A stretch of DNA of 64,000 nt from the NCBI GenBank assembly GCA_013265495.1, contig MU061804.1, positions 806,001 to 870,000 on the forward strand, read 5' to 3'. Every line of letters begins with the position of its first letter. Position 1 is the first letter of the stretch. Made by a program: the position numbers and the translations under genes. Below the pieces are notes generated by a model, which ran no database searches, was not told the origin of the DNA, and saw only the letters and a program-made list of their open reading frames with translations. This DNA comes from Vicugna vicugna. Its lineage: Eukaryota. Shown here in pieces: positions 1 to 12,500 of this stretch.

Positions 1-3000
1 GGCTGTGTTACTGAGCCTCCCAGTGACTCCGGGGGTGGGCAGATGGCACAGACCCCTTCCCAGAGCCTCGCAGCCAACACGTGGGTGGGGAACCAGGACC
101 GCTGACCAGTGCCCGGGCCCCGGCCCCCACCGTCCAGGCACAGGCCCGGGGCGGCACAGCCAGGCCCGTGGGGTCCTTGACGGAGCCCTGTGCCCACCCT
201 CCTTTGCACCCCCTCCTGCTGACGTGTCATCAAAGTCCCAAGTAGGTCCGGAAACAACGTGAATTAAACTGCTGAACGTTTACTACGATCTGTGCTTTCA
301 AGGACGTCTCAGACATGGATCAGACCCACCCCATCTCACTGCGTTTCTACAACCACCCAGTTTCCTCTGTTGCCCCAGAATTTCCCCGTCTGACGACAGG
401 TGGAAGCAAGGGCCCCGGCTGGGTCCCGCCCTGTCCCGTTAGAGGCTTCACGAGTGGCTCCTGGGTTGCACTTTCAAAGAGTGAGGGTTGGTTCAGAAAA
501 CCTTTCCCGGAGCCATCTTGTGTTTGTCGTTTCCTTTCGGGGTAGTAAAGGCAATGCTTGGCCCACTGGCGTCCGTCTGAGGAGCCAGGAGCTCTTACCT
601 CTGCTACTGAGAACCTAGATTTGGACAAGTTTTCGTGAAAGTCTCTTGGCAACGTATACAAGAAGCGTCACCTTTACCCATGAATCCCACCTGGAATTCA
701 TCACAGGGAGAAGCATGTGCGGACACAGACGAGCACAGAACGTTGCTCTGTGTCGCACACGCCCTGTACTGAGACACGCACGACGAAGGCGTGCCGGGAC
801 GGTGGTGAGGTCAGCGTCGGTGATCCCCAGATGAGGAACTGACTGCGCACATCACGGAGCCTCCATGTAACTCATGCTGCGGGCTCATGCTCAAGGCCAC
901 AGGACGGCCACGGTGTGCGACTCAGGGAGAACCAGGGTACGCAGTGCTGTGGGGAGCAGGGTCCTTCCTGTAAAATCATGTTTCTGCACTTGCATGGTTG
1001 ACGCTGGAAGGACAACACATAAGAGACCCTGGGGTCCCAGGTCTGGCATTCGGAAGGAATTTTTTCTACTTTTTAAATCAGTCCTTTAATTTTTCTATTA
1101 TTATGATGCATAACTTTCGTAATTATAATTTAAAAGTTACTCCTGAAGTCAAAACAAAGGCTATTACTGAAACCTGGAAAACAGAGGACAGCATTCTTCC
1201 TATAAAACACGTTGTAACTCACCGCGAGACGAGTTAAACCAAGCTGGGGGGTCGGGTGAGAGCTCGTCTGGGGGTGCTGGGGGAAGGGGTGGACTCGGCG
1301 GAGGAAGGCGGGTGGAGGAGGAGCCCTCTCATTTCTGTGGCCCTGGACGCCCCCTTCCACCTCCAGGGCCCCCTTGGCGTCCAGCCTCCTGCCCTCCGAC
1401 ACCACACCACTCACTGCCCTCCAGCCCCTCCACCCGCTCCGGCCGCTCTGCCCCAGAGTCACTCCGGCTCCCCTTCCTCGTCCCTCCGGCCTCACCCAGC
1501 TTCCGGGGACTCACAGCCGTTTGTGGTCACAGCAGACTGGCTGGAGGGCAGCCGTGGCCCTCGTGGGGTGGGGGCGTCTCTGGTTTGAAGGAACTTGGGC
1601 TCCAGGACTTCCGGAGCAACACAGGGGGTCCTGCTGATGGCTCAGGCCCCCCGGCCTTGAACAGACGCCCCGCTCCCCCTTGACACCCGTTGCAGGCAGC
1701 CCCTCGCCCCCCATCCTGCAGCCGCATCTGCTCCCGACCCTGTGGCAATGCCCACTTCGCTCAGGTTCTCTGACCTACTGACTCAGAGGGGTCACTGCTG
1801 GTTAACGAGCCCCTTGACAGACACGGACAAGGCTGCAGCAGAAAAAACAACAGAGCTGCTGCTCTCCCACCTGACCTGTGGCCGAGCCTGGTCCGGCCTG
1901 GTGAGCGCCTGGGGAAGGTCAGCCTGTCCGCAGAGGCTGGAGCGGGTGGCGGGCGGGGAGGGGCGGGGGGAGGACCAGGCCGTGCCCAGAGGGGAGTCCA
2001 GTCTGAGAGCTGGCCTGCATCCTGGGGGAGTGAAGAAGCAGGAGAGTTTGGGAAAGATGGACAGGGCGGCAGCCGCTGGGGCGGGGCAGAGGCTGAGTCC
2101 GAGCTCCGGAGCAGATGGGTGAGAGGAGGGCGCAGCCACGCGGCTTTCAGAGGGGCCAGAGGGCCCCACCGGCCTCCGCAGCGTCTTCTGTGGGCGCACC
2201 GCATGTGGCGCTGCCCGGGAAGAGCCCGTGGCGCCGCAGAGCCCTGCGCGAGTGCTGGCCGTGACGATTAAAGGCCTAGAGTGTTTGTCGCAGCTCAGCT
2301 CTGCTCAGGTGGACGCCGCGCTCCAGACGTTTCACCAAACACCGAGCAGGACGTTGTTGTTTGGGGAAAAGATTCAGGCGCTTTCACGGAACACTGGGAA
2401 ATCCAAACAGCACACAACTGTCCCAGCGTCCGGGAGAAGCACCCTCGCTTGGTGGGGCCGGGGCCTCCCATCCCTGGGACCCTCGGGCCCACACCCAGGG
2501 GGCCCGCGGGCACTTGGCACCAGGAGGGCTGGGTCTGGGAAAGCGGGAAGGAAGGGTGCTCCCGTGGCCGGACCCAAGGGCTTCCTCTGGGCTTGTTCAC
2601 CCCGGGACGTGCCCCACGAGCAGACCTTGCCGGAGACCGGTCTAGCACCACGGCTCCGACGGCAGGAATCGCGACCTCAGCTGTGGAAGGGACCTCGCGG
2701 CGGGACCGCCTTCCCCCGTGCCCTCCACCCGTGTCCAGCAAAGGGCCCTCAGTGTGCCGTGTGTACTGGGAGCTCGCGTCATCAGACGGATAGACAGGTG
2801 GATGGACGGACAGATGGCTGGTGGAGGATAAGTGAATTCCACAGCATTTCTGGTCTGATCGAGAACAGACCACGCTTTCTGTCTTTCAGAGGAAATTTTC
2901 TTTCCAGTTTTTTCCTCTTAACGGAGAAAAATCTCCCTGGAACCTCCACCTGCCCTCCGCCCGCTCCTTCCTCCCCCAACGTCTGCCTGTGGCGGGGGAG

Positions 3001-5842
3001 GCCGTGCTGTTAGCTCTGAGGCTGATGTGGCCAGGACCATGCACGATGGGAGGGAGGGGCCCAGGGGCCAGCCCGACTCCCCCGGGTGTGGGATGAGCGC
3101 CTTCGGAGGGCAGTGGGTTTCCAGCTAAACATGATGCTTTCTCTCCTGTTTTTCACTCAGCACAAGAGCACCCCTTAAGCCCCACCTCCTGGTGACCAGG
3201 CCACTCCTGCCCGTCTGTGTCACGCATCTCCGGGCAGCCAGGCCCTCCGACTCACAAGGGGTTGAAATCCCAGAGTCACAATATCACAGAGCTGCTAAAA
3301 TAGGAATCACGTATCTGGGCCCCAGAACACGACAGGGACGAACACGGCTCCTTGAAACACTCCTGCCCCGTCTGCAACGCAAAAATCAAATGGGCGCAGC
3401 CGTGCACGTTCAGACGGCCTACGGTTTACAAAGGGCGCCCTGCGTCGCCTGGAAATCCGCGGTCCGTGCGGACCAACACCACAGACAGAAAGACAGGTGG
3501 GCGGGGCCGGGGTGACGACGCCCGACACGTCTGGTTGTTTTGCTAGGAAATTCTAGACCTTTAAATTGGCACGGGGGGCTTTTCACAGCAGCGGCGGGGA
3601 AACGGAATTTCTCCCTCCCAGCTGTGACAGCTCTTTCCACTGCTCGCACACTCTTTGCACATGAATGGCCCCGGGACCAGACCAGCCTTGATTTCGTGTC
3701 AGCTGTGCTTTCTGGGGAACGGCACCTGCAGCACCGCCGTGCGCTCTTCTGGGGTTGAAAGTGCTACAGCTCACTTCACTCTGGATCCGGCTCTAGGGCT
3801 GATGGCGGTTTTCACCTGCGCGGCCTCCTTCGACCCCACGATGCCCTGGCAGGAGGGTGAGCAGGTGTCCCCACTCTGGGCTGCAGGTGAGACCCTGGTG
3901 CCTGAGGACGCGCCCAGAGGGAGGTGGCCCCGCGCCCGTGACGCAGCCGGTCTCTGACCCGGGACCCCCCTCCTGCGTGCCGTGCGCACGGACACACATC
4001 TCGGGGACGGAAGGACCGCGGGGCCTGCTCTCAGGGGACGGGGGGAGCCAGCGTGGGGCGTGGTGCTGTGGGACAGGCTGCCCACACGGAGAAAGGCTCA
4101 GCGCAGAGTGGGTGACCCACAGGGAGCCGCCCTGGAGCCTGGCTCCAGGGAAGGAGGTGGCTCCCGACAGGACGCACTGCAGCTGCTTGTTCTACAGGTG
4201 TTTTTAATTCCCAGCGACTTCCGGCGGGCGGGAGGCTCCGGGCCTGTGGGCGCAGGGCCCCAGGTCACAGGACGTACATCACTGGGGCCCCTTGAGGAAA
4301 CCAGCCCGAAACCCTGGGGCCCAGACCAGGCTGCTGGCTGGGTGGGGTGAGGATGGTGGTCACGGCCGCATGCCGGCTCACGGGGCCTGAAACACCGGGA
4401 CCGCCCACTCCAGGTCATGCCGCGTGGCCACCGCCAGCTCGGAAGCGTGTGTCGGAGTCCCCACGGCAGGCTGCGGGGGCCTTGTGTGGGGGACCAGGCG
4501 CAGCTCAGAGAGAGCAGTGGCCCAGGGCACCGGCTCCTGGAGGCCAAGTGAGTCTGTGTGCAAAGAGCTGTGACCCGATCTTTCTGCTGATGGCAACGGG
4601 CACCCAGGGTCAGGGGACACTGAGACTTCGGCCCAAAGCCACGAATCCCTAACTTCTCAGTCTAAGCGCGGTCTCGGGGCCCTGTTCTGTGGAAGCAGCA
4701 AAGGCCTGCTTGTCCTACAGAGAGTCAGTCACTCGTTCACTTGCTCATCAGCCGTGTCCACATGCAGAGTAACGCCCAGCACCTGCTTGTTGCTTGGTAA
4801 GTAGGTTTCCTCCCCTCTCACGCCCTTGCCGGGCCTCACCCGGATGGTGGGTGGACGGCGCGGCCACCTACAGCTCCGGGGGGTGCGGGGAGCACAATGG
4901 GGCGGTGGCACCAAGGCGGCCAGAGCTGGGCCAGGGAGCCGGTGGGCGAATCGGGCTGTGTCGGGGGCTGGTTCCACATAATGATTTACAGCATGGCTGA
5001 GGGCTCGTTTCTGGGCTTAGGTAGACAGAGTCACCCAACTCCAAGACTGGGGAGCACTTGCTCTAAACACCTGCAGGATTTTGGTGACCATAAGCCTTTT
5101 TCAGGCAAGAACATGACAGGACGGTTGAAACGTGACCCTGGGCTACGTCGTCGGACACAGAACAGAGCGGACAGTAAGATCCCGGTGCCCTGTCTGACCA
5201 GACCAGACCTCTGGGCATCGCTCGGAAGCAGCACCGCAAGCCCAGGAGGACACCCAGGACGGGACGGTCCCATCACATGCAGAGCGGCTGAGGGGAGCGA
5301 GGCGGCTCGGAGGAGGTTCAGGCAGGAACAGAAACATCACTTCCAAAATCTCAGAGCGATGGCAAGAGGAGCAGGCCCTTTATTCTGTGTGGCAGGAGAG
5401 GCCGGAATGGGGTCAGAGCACAGGGCACAGGGGTTCTCCCCTTACTATCAGGAGGAATTTCCAACAATTAGAGTTGGACGAAGGAGAGCTGGTGGGCAGC
5501 CCGCCCCGCACCCCTGCCCTGCCCCCACGTGGAAGGCGAAGTCCCTTTCCTCCTGCAGCAGTGGGCAGCCAGGTGACCTCCAGAGCCCCTTCCAACGGCC
5601 CCAGTGACAACCAAAGCAGACACCACGTGCTCCCGCCAGGCGTCCCGGCTCTGAAGACGTAGCCGGGCGGGAGGGGCTGGCCAGCCCCCAGCCGTGGCTC
5701 CCTGGTGCTTCCCACACGCACCAGACACACGCCGGCCTGGGTGGAGCCACCCGGACGCCTGCGTCACGTCGTGGGTGAGGACCAGCTGAGGACTCGCAGG
5801 GCTCACACGATCCCAAAGAGCCCTCGCAGCCTGGGCATCCTG

Positions 5843-5980
5843 CTTTTCAGTCGGGGGTAAAACACTCACAGACGTAAAGGTTACCATTTTAACCATTTTT
5901 AAGTGAAGAGTCAGCAGCCTTAAGTGCATTCACGTTGTCACGTAACCGTCACCACGATTCGTCCCCAGAACGTTCATCCT
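5843..5980 (-). mobile_element. Ancient LINE-1 3' end fragment (L1MB-like), antisense
   Basis: ttaccattttaaccatttttaagtg...ttaagtgcattcacgttgt...caccacgattcgtccccagaac matches the reverse-oriented L1MB 3' end as recalled. Confidence 0.7.
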
Positions 5981-8900
5981 ACTTTTCGGTGTCATCACGA
6001 AGCTGAAAAATTCTTCCCCAAAGCTGATCCTAGTTTGATCAGCCACGGACTAGATGACGCGGCTTCCCCTGCCGGCCCGCCGTGGACGTGGCTGCCCCCC
6101 CACCCCGGCGGGCGCACCCTTGAGCTCCTCATGGAGCCAGCGTCTGACGCTGACACAGCAGGTGGGAGGTCACGCCTGTCGTGGGCTCCGGGTCGGGGGT
6201 TCCAGGTGGACACAGGACGCCCGGCTCTGCTGCCCGTGCGCAGCTGGCTTCTGTTTGCTGGGGCAGAGGCGACGTTGTGCGAGGCCTCTTCTCCCTCCGG
6301 GGCTGACCACCACCCCTGGGGAAATGGGGCAGCCTGGGTCCGGTTCCACCTTTTCCCGAAGGGAACAGAGGACAGTAATCTTCGAGCGTTCAAGGGCGCA
6401 ATCCGCTGGCTCAGTGCAGACAGTTCACTGCAGGCTTGCAGGCCTTGGAGAATCGAGGGTGGCTTTAATTAATTCCAGTAACACGCCTTGCAATGTTTAC
6501 ATTCCAAATTACCTTCAGGTCAGAAGTACGTGGCCCAGAACCACAGTTTGGGGGCAATAAAATTCCACTGCCGTGCCTCCAGCATCTGGAAGCCATTTGC
6601 TGAGAGACAGAGTCTGCTGTTTGGGAAGGTTCGCTGTGCTCTGGGAGACAGATGAGGTGGCACTGGCTTCCCCCCAAGCTGCTGGCCTAAGAGAAGGCCC
6701 GGGCGGGCTCCGGAGCCGGGTGACGTCCTGTGCGCTCCGAGCGGAGGGGGAGCGGCACCCCCTGCAGACAGGAAGCCTGGGACGGGAGCCGGGGAGCTGG
6801 GGGAGGGGGCGGATGCGGCCCCACAACCAGGATCAGGTTTCTAGAAATTATTCCACGCCGTTGCAGACGCCGGCCTGACTTTGCCAAAACCGGGGTCCTC
6901 CTCCTCCTGCTCGTGTCCTCCTCCCACTGCACCCCTTCCAGCGCTCCCAGAAAACCCCTCTGCGTGAAGGAGGGCATCTGGGGGCCACGGCTGGCTCTCC
7001 TGACGCTGTCCCTGACGGAGGACACCTCGAGCTGGTGGCAGGACGTATGCAGAACGCACAGCCCCTCGTGCACGAGGGCCGGAACCCAGGGACAGAAAGG
7101 GCCGGGGGTAGCAGGCCCTGCCTGCGGAGCTTTCCTTGGCCATCTGGCCTGCGGGCAGGGCTGCCCACTTCCAGTCACTGTCTCCCTCATCAGACCTAAG
7201 ACGGGAGGGCGGGGTTAGGAAAACTGCTTTCTGTTTACTCCTTTGGAAGTCAAATTTCCCAAGGAGTCAGTCATGCTGTGGGGCTTTCTGTGTTTCTCTA
7301 AACAAATCAACACTCACATAAGCCCTGTCATCTGTCAGTGTCACTCCACCCCCGCCCGTCCAAAACCGAGCCGGCTTTGTTGGAGACACTTCTGGAATTC
7401 TAGTCTCGTCTCTCTGGCCCGGAGGGAAGGGGCCGGTGCGGCCACGCTCCCGGCTGTGGGGACAGGAGGGAGGGGAAGTGGGCCCTGTGGTCCTGCGGAC
7501 CTGCACCTGGACGTGGCCGCCCCGTGGCTCTGGGACCCAGCAGTGAGATGTGCAGGTGTCCCCTCCTCCCCGGACTGTGAGTCGCCAGAAGGCAGGGGCA
7601 CATCTGTGCAGGTCACCAGGTGGGGTGCTCACAACGCCACCGGCACAGTGGGCCTAGAAGGGCTTTCAGACCAGCAAGGGGACATCGCCGGTCACACGCG
7701 CCCCACGCAGCCCTGCTCACCCACACGGGCGGTTGTGACCCGAGTTCCTCTCTTCCCTGCCCAGTGTGTGGGCGTTGGGACGGTTCCTGTAATTAAGCAG
7801 TTTTGGTTCATTACTGCGTGCGTCAGCATCTCACCAGTGGCGTCCGAGATGACTGCATCGGAACCACACGGCGGGGAGGGGGCGTGCTGGTTAAAGATGC
7901 AGATTCCTGGCCTCCACCCCGGGCTGTCCTCCCTGGGGACTCCAGGGGTCTCCCCTCCACACAAGCCCCCCTACCCCCGGCATTGCCTCTGGGCTCTGGG
8001 GGCCTCTCTTCCTGTCCCGGCTTTTCAGGGTCTGCGACCATGGGCGCTTGTGCTGGTCTTTGGAGAGGACGGACGGGCAGCTAGTTACATGCGTGGGTTT
8101 AAGCCACAGGGACGGGCACCTCCAGCCTGTGGAGAATCTGTGCCGGGGGATCCCAGGGTCAGCCACGCAGAGAGGACCGCTGTCCAGAGCCTGTTCCCAG
8201 GAGGGTCCTCGTGCGTCCAGACTGACGGCTCCATGGGTGTGAGAACGTGCCCGGCCTGGCTGTGCCGCGCAGGAACACCTGAGAGCCCCAGCTCCAGGCC
8301 TTGCACCTCCGCCCCGTGAGCTAACTGTGAGGAGACTCCAGGGGCCCCAAGGTGGTCCTGAGCGGCCAGGGACGGGCTGACGCCCAGGCCGACCAGTGTC
8401 GCCCAAAAACACACGCAGCAGCTGCCATCAGCTCCTCAGAGCCACATTCAGCCGGGCAAGAACGTGACATCGTGTTCAGGGTTAAAACTCTCCAAGTTGA
8501 AAGCCCCTGGACGCCTTCCCACCACACATGGTCCGCCTGCCCCACGCCTCCTTTCCTAGACCCCATTGTTGACGCCTGCGAGCTACTCACCGTAGCTCAG
8601 TGTTTGGAGGCGAAGGGCACCTGTGCCTTGCAGAGAGGGCTCGTTCCCAGGTCCGGACACGCCTAGGGGCCTGTGACAATCTGCCTCCCCACCGTTCCGG
8701 GGGTGGACGCGCACTCACTCTTCCAGCTTCGTGGCCCTGCTCGGGGCAGGGGCAGTGACAGCTCAGGGACAGCCTGTCACCAGGTGATTTCATGTGATCA
8801 GAGAAGCCAGGCGCCTTCCCCCTGCACAGAGACACACGTGCACACACACGCACGTGTGCACACGATCTGGACTGACGGTACCTAGCCAGAACGCGCCCTC

Positions 8901-9264
8901 TGACACGCCCCGTCCCAGAGTCAGGCCCTGCAGACACCCCGTCTGTCCTCGCCCGAACTCCCAGAGCTCTGACAGCACCAGTGACAGACGCCACCTCCTC
9001 CCCGCCCGCACCCGGCAGGTGGGGGAGGCTGAGCCTCCTACCTGGGCCACGCCAGGGCTCCTCTGGGGAAGGACACCCCCCGCCAGGGAGGCGGCAGGGT
9101 CGGCGCAAGGACGGCCCCCCAGCCCCAGCGGCCGTCCACACACTCGTGGGCCGCGGTGGGACCTGACAGAGGCTGGCCCTCTGCACAGCCGCACGCGGCC
9201 CGGCCACTCAGACGCACCCACCGACGGCCCCTGTCACTGCCGAGCGGGTCCCCCAGACTCACAG

Positions 9265-9535
9265 GATGGAGTCCAAACCCCCTGCACCCCCGGGTCTGTG
9301 TTTCAGATGAGGCTTCACAGGGAAGCGAAGTTGAAATGAGGTCACTCGGGGAGCCTCACCCAGTCTGACGGGTGTCCCTACGAGACGAGGAAGTCTCGGC
9401 ACAGGGAAGACGGCGTCTAACGCCGAGGAGAGGCCTCGAGAAGCCAACCCACTGACACCCTGACCTCGGGCTTCTGGCCTCCAGAGGGGAGGGGCACGTC
9501 TGTGTTGAAGACGCAGGTTCTCAGTCTGTCGGACG
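9265..9535 (+). mobile_element. MaLR LTR remnant (MLT1A/B-like)
   Basis: Motifs gttgaaatgaggtcac, gaggagaggcctcgagaagccaacccactgacaccctgacctcgggcttctggcctccag follow the MLT1A/B order. Confidence 0.7.
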
Positions 9536-12500
9536 CTGGTGGGTGGGAGCACGGCCCTCACACTGCAGCCCCCGCGGCCGGCCGTCGGGCCTGGGCGGGG
9601 TGGGCGGGGTCAGGGGAAGGAAGGGTCCCAGCCACGTCCCCGCACGTGGCCCCCCGGCTCCGGCGGGCACGGACACTTGCTTCTCGCTCTGTGACGTGGG
9701 TTCTGCGTCCACGAGGCTCCGGGTGACCCCTCCCTGTGGAGGGGCCACAGGTCCAGCCGGAGCGCTCGGCTGAAGGCCGCAAGCCGGCTCCCGGGCCTGA
9801 ATCGGGACGCCGAGGGCAGGCGCAAAGCAGACCAAACACATTCTCCTCACGAGGGAGTATTTACTGAGCGGTTTACACACTGAGCGGGTCTTATGTAAGA
9901 GTCAACATGTTCAAAGCACTAAAAATAGGTCTGTGCACTTTCTGGTGAACAGCCGATGGGCTGAACACCTCCCCAAGAAAGGGGCACACATGTGCAGCAA
10001 GGTGAGTGTCCCTCCTCGCCTGCACCCCTGCTCGGCTCGCTGGGGACCATCGGGGGACCGGCCACAGACCAGGGAGCCCCGCCCAGCAGAGCAGAGACGC
10101 CCTCGGGCTTCCCGGAACAGGCAACCTCCTGCAGGCCTGTCCTGCCCCTGCGGGAGGTGGGCGTGGCCTCTGCCTCCCCCACCCAGAGGCAGGCCGGGGC
10201 CCCTCCGCGCTCACTTCCCAGTCGTGGGAGAGGCCCCCGGCCAGAGGCCTCAGAGGCCTCGGGTAGGAATCCGCTGAGCAGGGCTCACCAAGTAGCAGAG
10301 GTGGCCAGACTTCAGTTCGTAAACACTTGCTGGTCACGAAAACCATCCAGCCTCAAAAGCAGTGTCCTTTCCAGAAACCCACACACGTCTCCTTGTAAGT
10401 GACCCAAAAGTTTACAAATTTTTTCCTAATAAATCGGTTGGATTATACTCCTGTAGAATTACTGACCCTTAAAAGTCTTCAAAACAGCCTCGGACCACAC
10501 CGACGGCTCATTCAGTCGCAAGCCCTGCCCGGTCCCCTCTCACTCTTCCCTCTGGCTGGTCGGCACCCAGGGAGGGCCGAGCCAGGAGCAGGGCCTGGGC
10601 TCCACCTCTGCCGCAGCCAGGCTGGGGAGCCCTGTGCACGCGGGCCTCGTGCGGCTCCCGTGGAAGAACAAAGGGCGGGCGGCGTCTCTATGGCTCCCTT
10701 GGGCCCTGCCTGGCAGGACCTTCCTGTCTGCTTTTCCCAAAGCTGATCAGCCGGGGACGTGAGTGTCCCAGAAGTTCACAGCTTCGGGGATCGAGAGGCG
10801 CTTTACTTCCAGACGTCTCTGAACCTCGAAAATGCTCATCTTTGTGCCCCTCCAGGAAGGGGATCAAGCTGCAGCACTCCTGACATAAGGCATAAAGTCT
10901 GATCATTAAAAGCGTTTTTATAGGACTGGAGAGGTCGGCCGTTTGGGGCAGAGATCTGGAAGAGATCTGGCTGAGGCCAGGGGGCCCCCGGGCCAGGCAG
11001 AGAAGGCAGCTTTGTCCAGGTGTGCTGTTCCCGCCCTGGCCCGTCCCCTCCTCCACACATCCCACAGCCTCCAGGCCCCTCCCTGCAGCCGGCCTGCCTT
11101 GGCACCATCAACCCCGGTGGACAAACGTGGCCCATTTAGTGAGTGGATACGTGAGGTGCAGGGAGGTTCACAACGTGGTTGAGGTCATGCCACTGGGAAG
11201 AGCTTGGAGGTTCCTGAAACAGTGCTCGCGACCCTGGGCCATGTGACGTGGGCTGGGGGCACCCAGGGGCGAGAGGGGTCCCCGACCTCACCGTGCTCCA
11301 AAGAGCTCAGAGCACCTGCAGCAGTGATCTCCACGCGGGGGAGGACGCAGAAACGTACGCCGTGACCCATCATCCCAGACAGCATCTCGACGTCTGACCA
11401 CATCTGACCACGTCTCCCTTCTCTGACGTCCCAGAAGAGGGTGGGCCCGTCTCCTGGGACCCCCGCCCTCCACTGACCCAGCACCGGCCGGTCTCACTCC
11501 CGATCCATCGTCTTCTGAGGACGAGGTCAGTCCTGCCCAGGAGCCAGCAGGAGGCCTGGCACTCTAACGTCCCAGCCTGGAGACGCCCTCCTGCAGGGTT
11601 ACTGACAGTGAGGCTCACACCGCCTGGACCCAGGCCGTTCACTCAACCCGCTGAGCAGCGAGAAGGAAGACAGCCTTCCTTGTCTTCGCAGCTAGAGAAA
11701 CACTTTCCAGGCAGACCTCAGAGCAAGGTGTGCAGGGCTGCCCGAGCAGGACCCCTCCCTCTGTCTCACCGAGGGCATCTGGAGGAGGTCTCCCTGCGGG
11801 CCCGCTGCCGCCCCGCGCAGCGAGCAGCGGCGACGCTGACGGCAGGCAGACTAGCCTCAGTGCGCTGGTGGCCGCTTCTCCTCTTGCTTCCCGGAAGGGA
11901 CGGACAGGGACTCTTCGGGGACCGGGCTGTGCTGCCCAGAGCAACCGTTCTAGAGGCCGCCTCTCCGAGTCGCCTCCAGCTCTGTCACTGCCAAAGCCTG
12001 CCTTCTCCGCGGCAGGATGGGGCTGTGACAAGTTTTAATAAAACTGTGTTTATGCTGAACACAAGGCCAAACGGAATCTCCAGACTCTTATTTACAAACA
12101 CCCCAACTGGAAGCAAGCAAAACAGTGCAAAACTGCTGGCCGCCCTCCCTTCCTGCCCTGCCCTCCCCCGGTGTCCTGGTCTCCAAGGAGCCAGATCCAG
12201 GGAGGGAGCCGGTCGTTTGCAGGGACTCCGCGAGGCGGTGCAGGGGGCCCTCCGCCCCCGGCTCCAGGCCGGGCCGTGGGTGGGTGAGCAGAGCCCTCAG
12301 ACAGACGCCCGCCCGGGTTCCACTTTGATCGCTTTGGCTGGGGTTTCTGGATTTTGAGCCCCTCAGCAAGAGTCTGCTCCATTTCCAGTAACTTTTTTAG
12401 CTTCGGAGGAAGGAGCTCTGATGGTTTCACGTTAATGAAGGTTACATTCAAGGGCTTCCTGCGAGCCAGACGCACTGCTAGGCGTGTTAGACACTGTCGG

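Noticed and set aside
7243-8319. 358-aa plus-strand ORF, and similar ones such as 33069-34025, 40828-41649 and 2228-3013
   Set aside because: No recognisable homology, composition mirrors base bias, and ORFs overlap in several frames on both strands.
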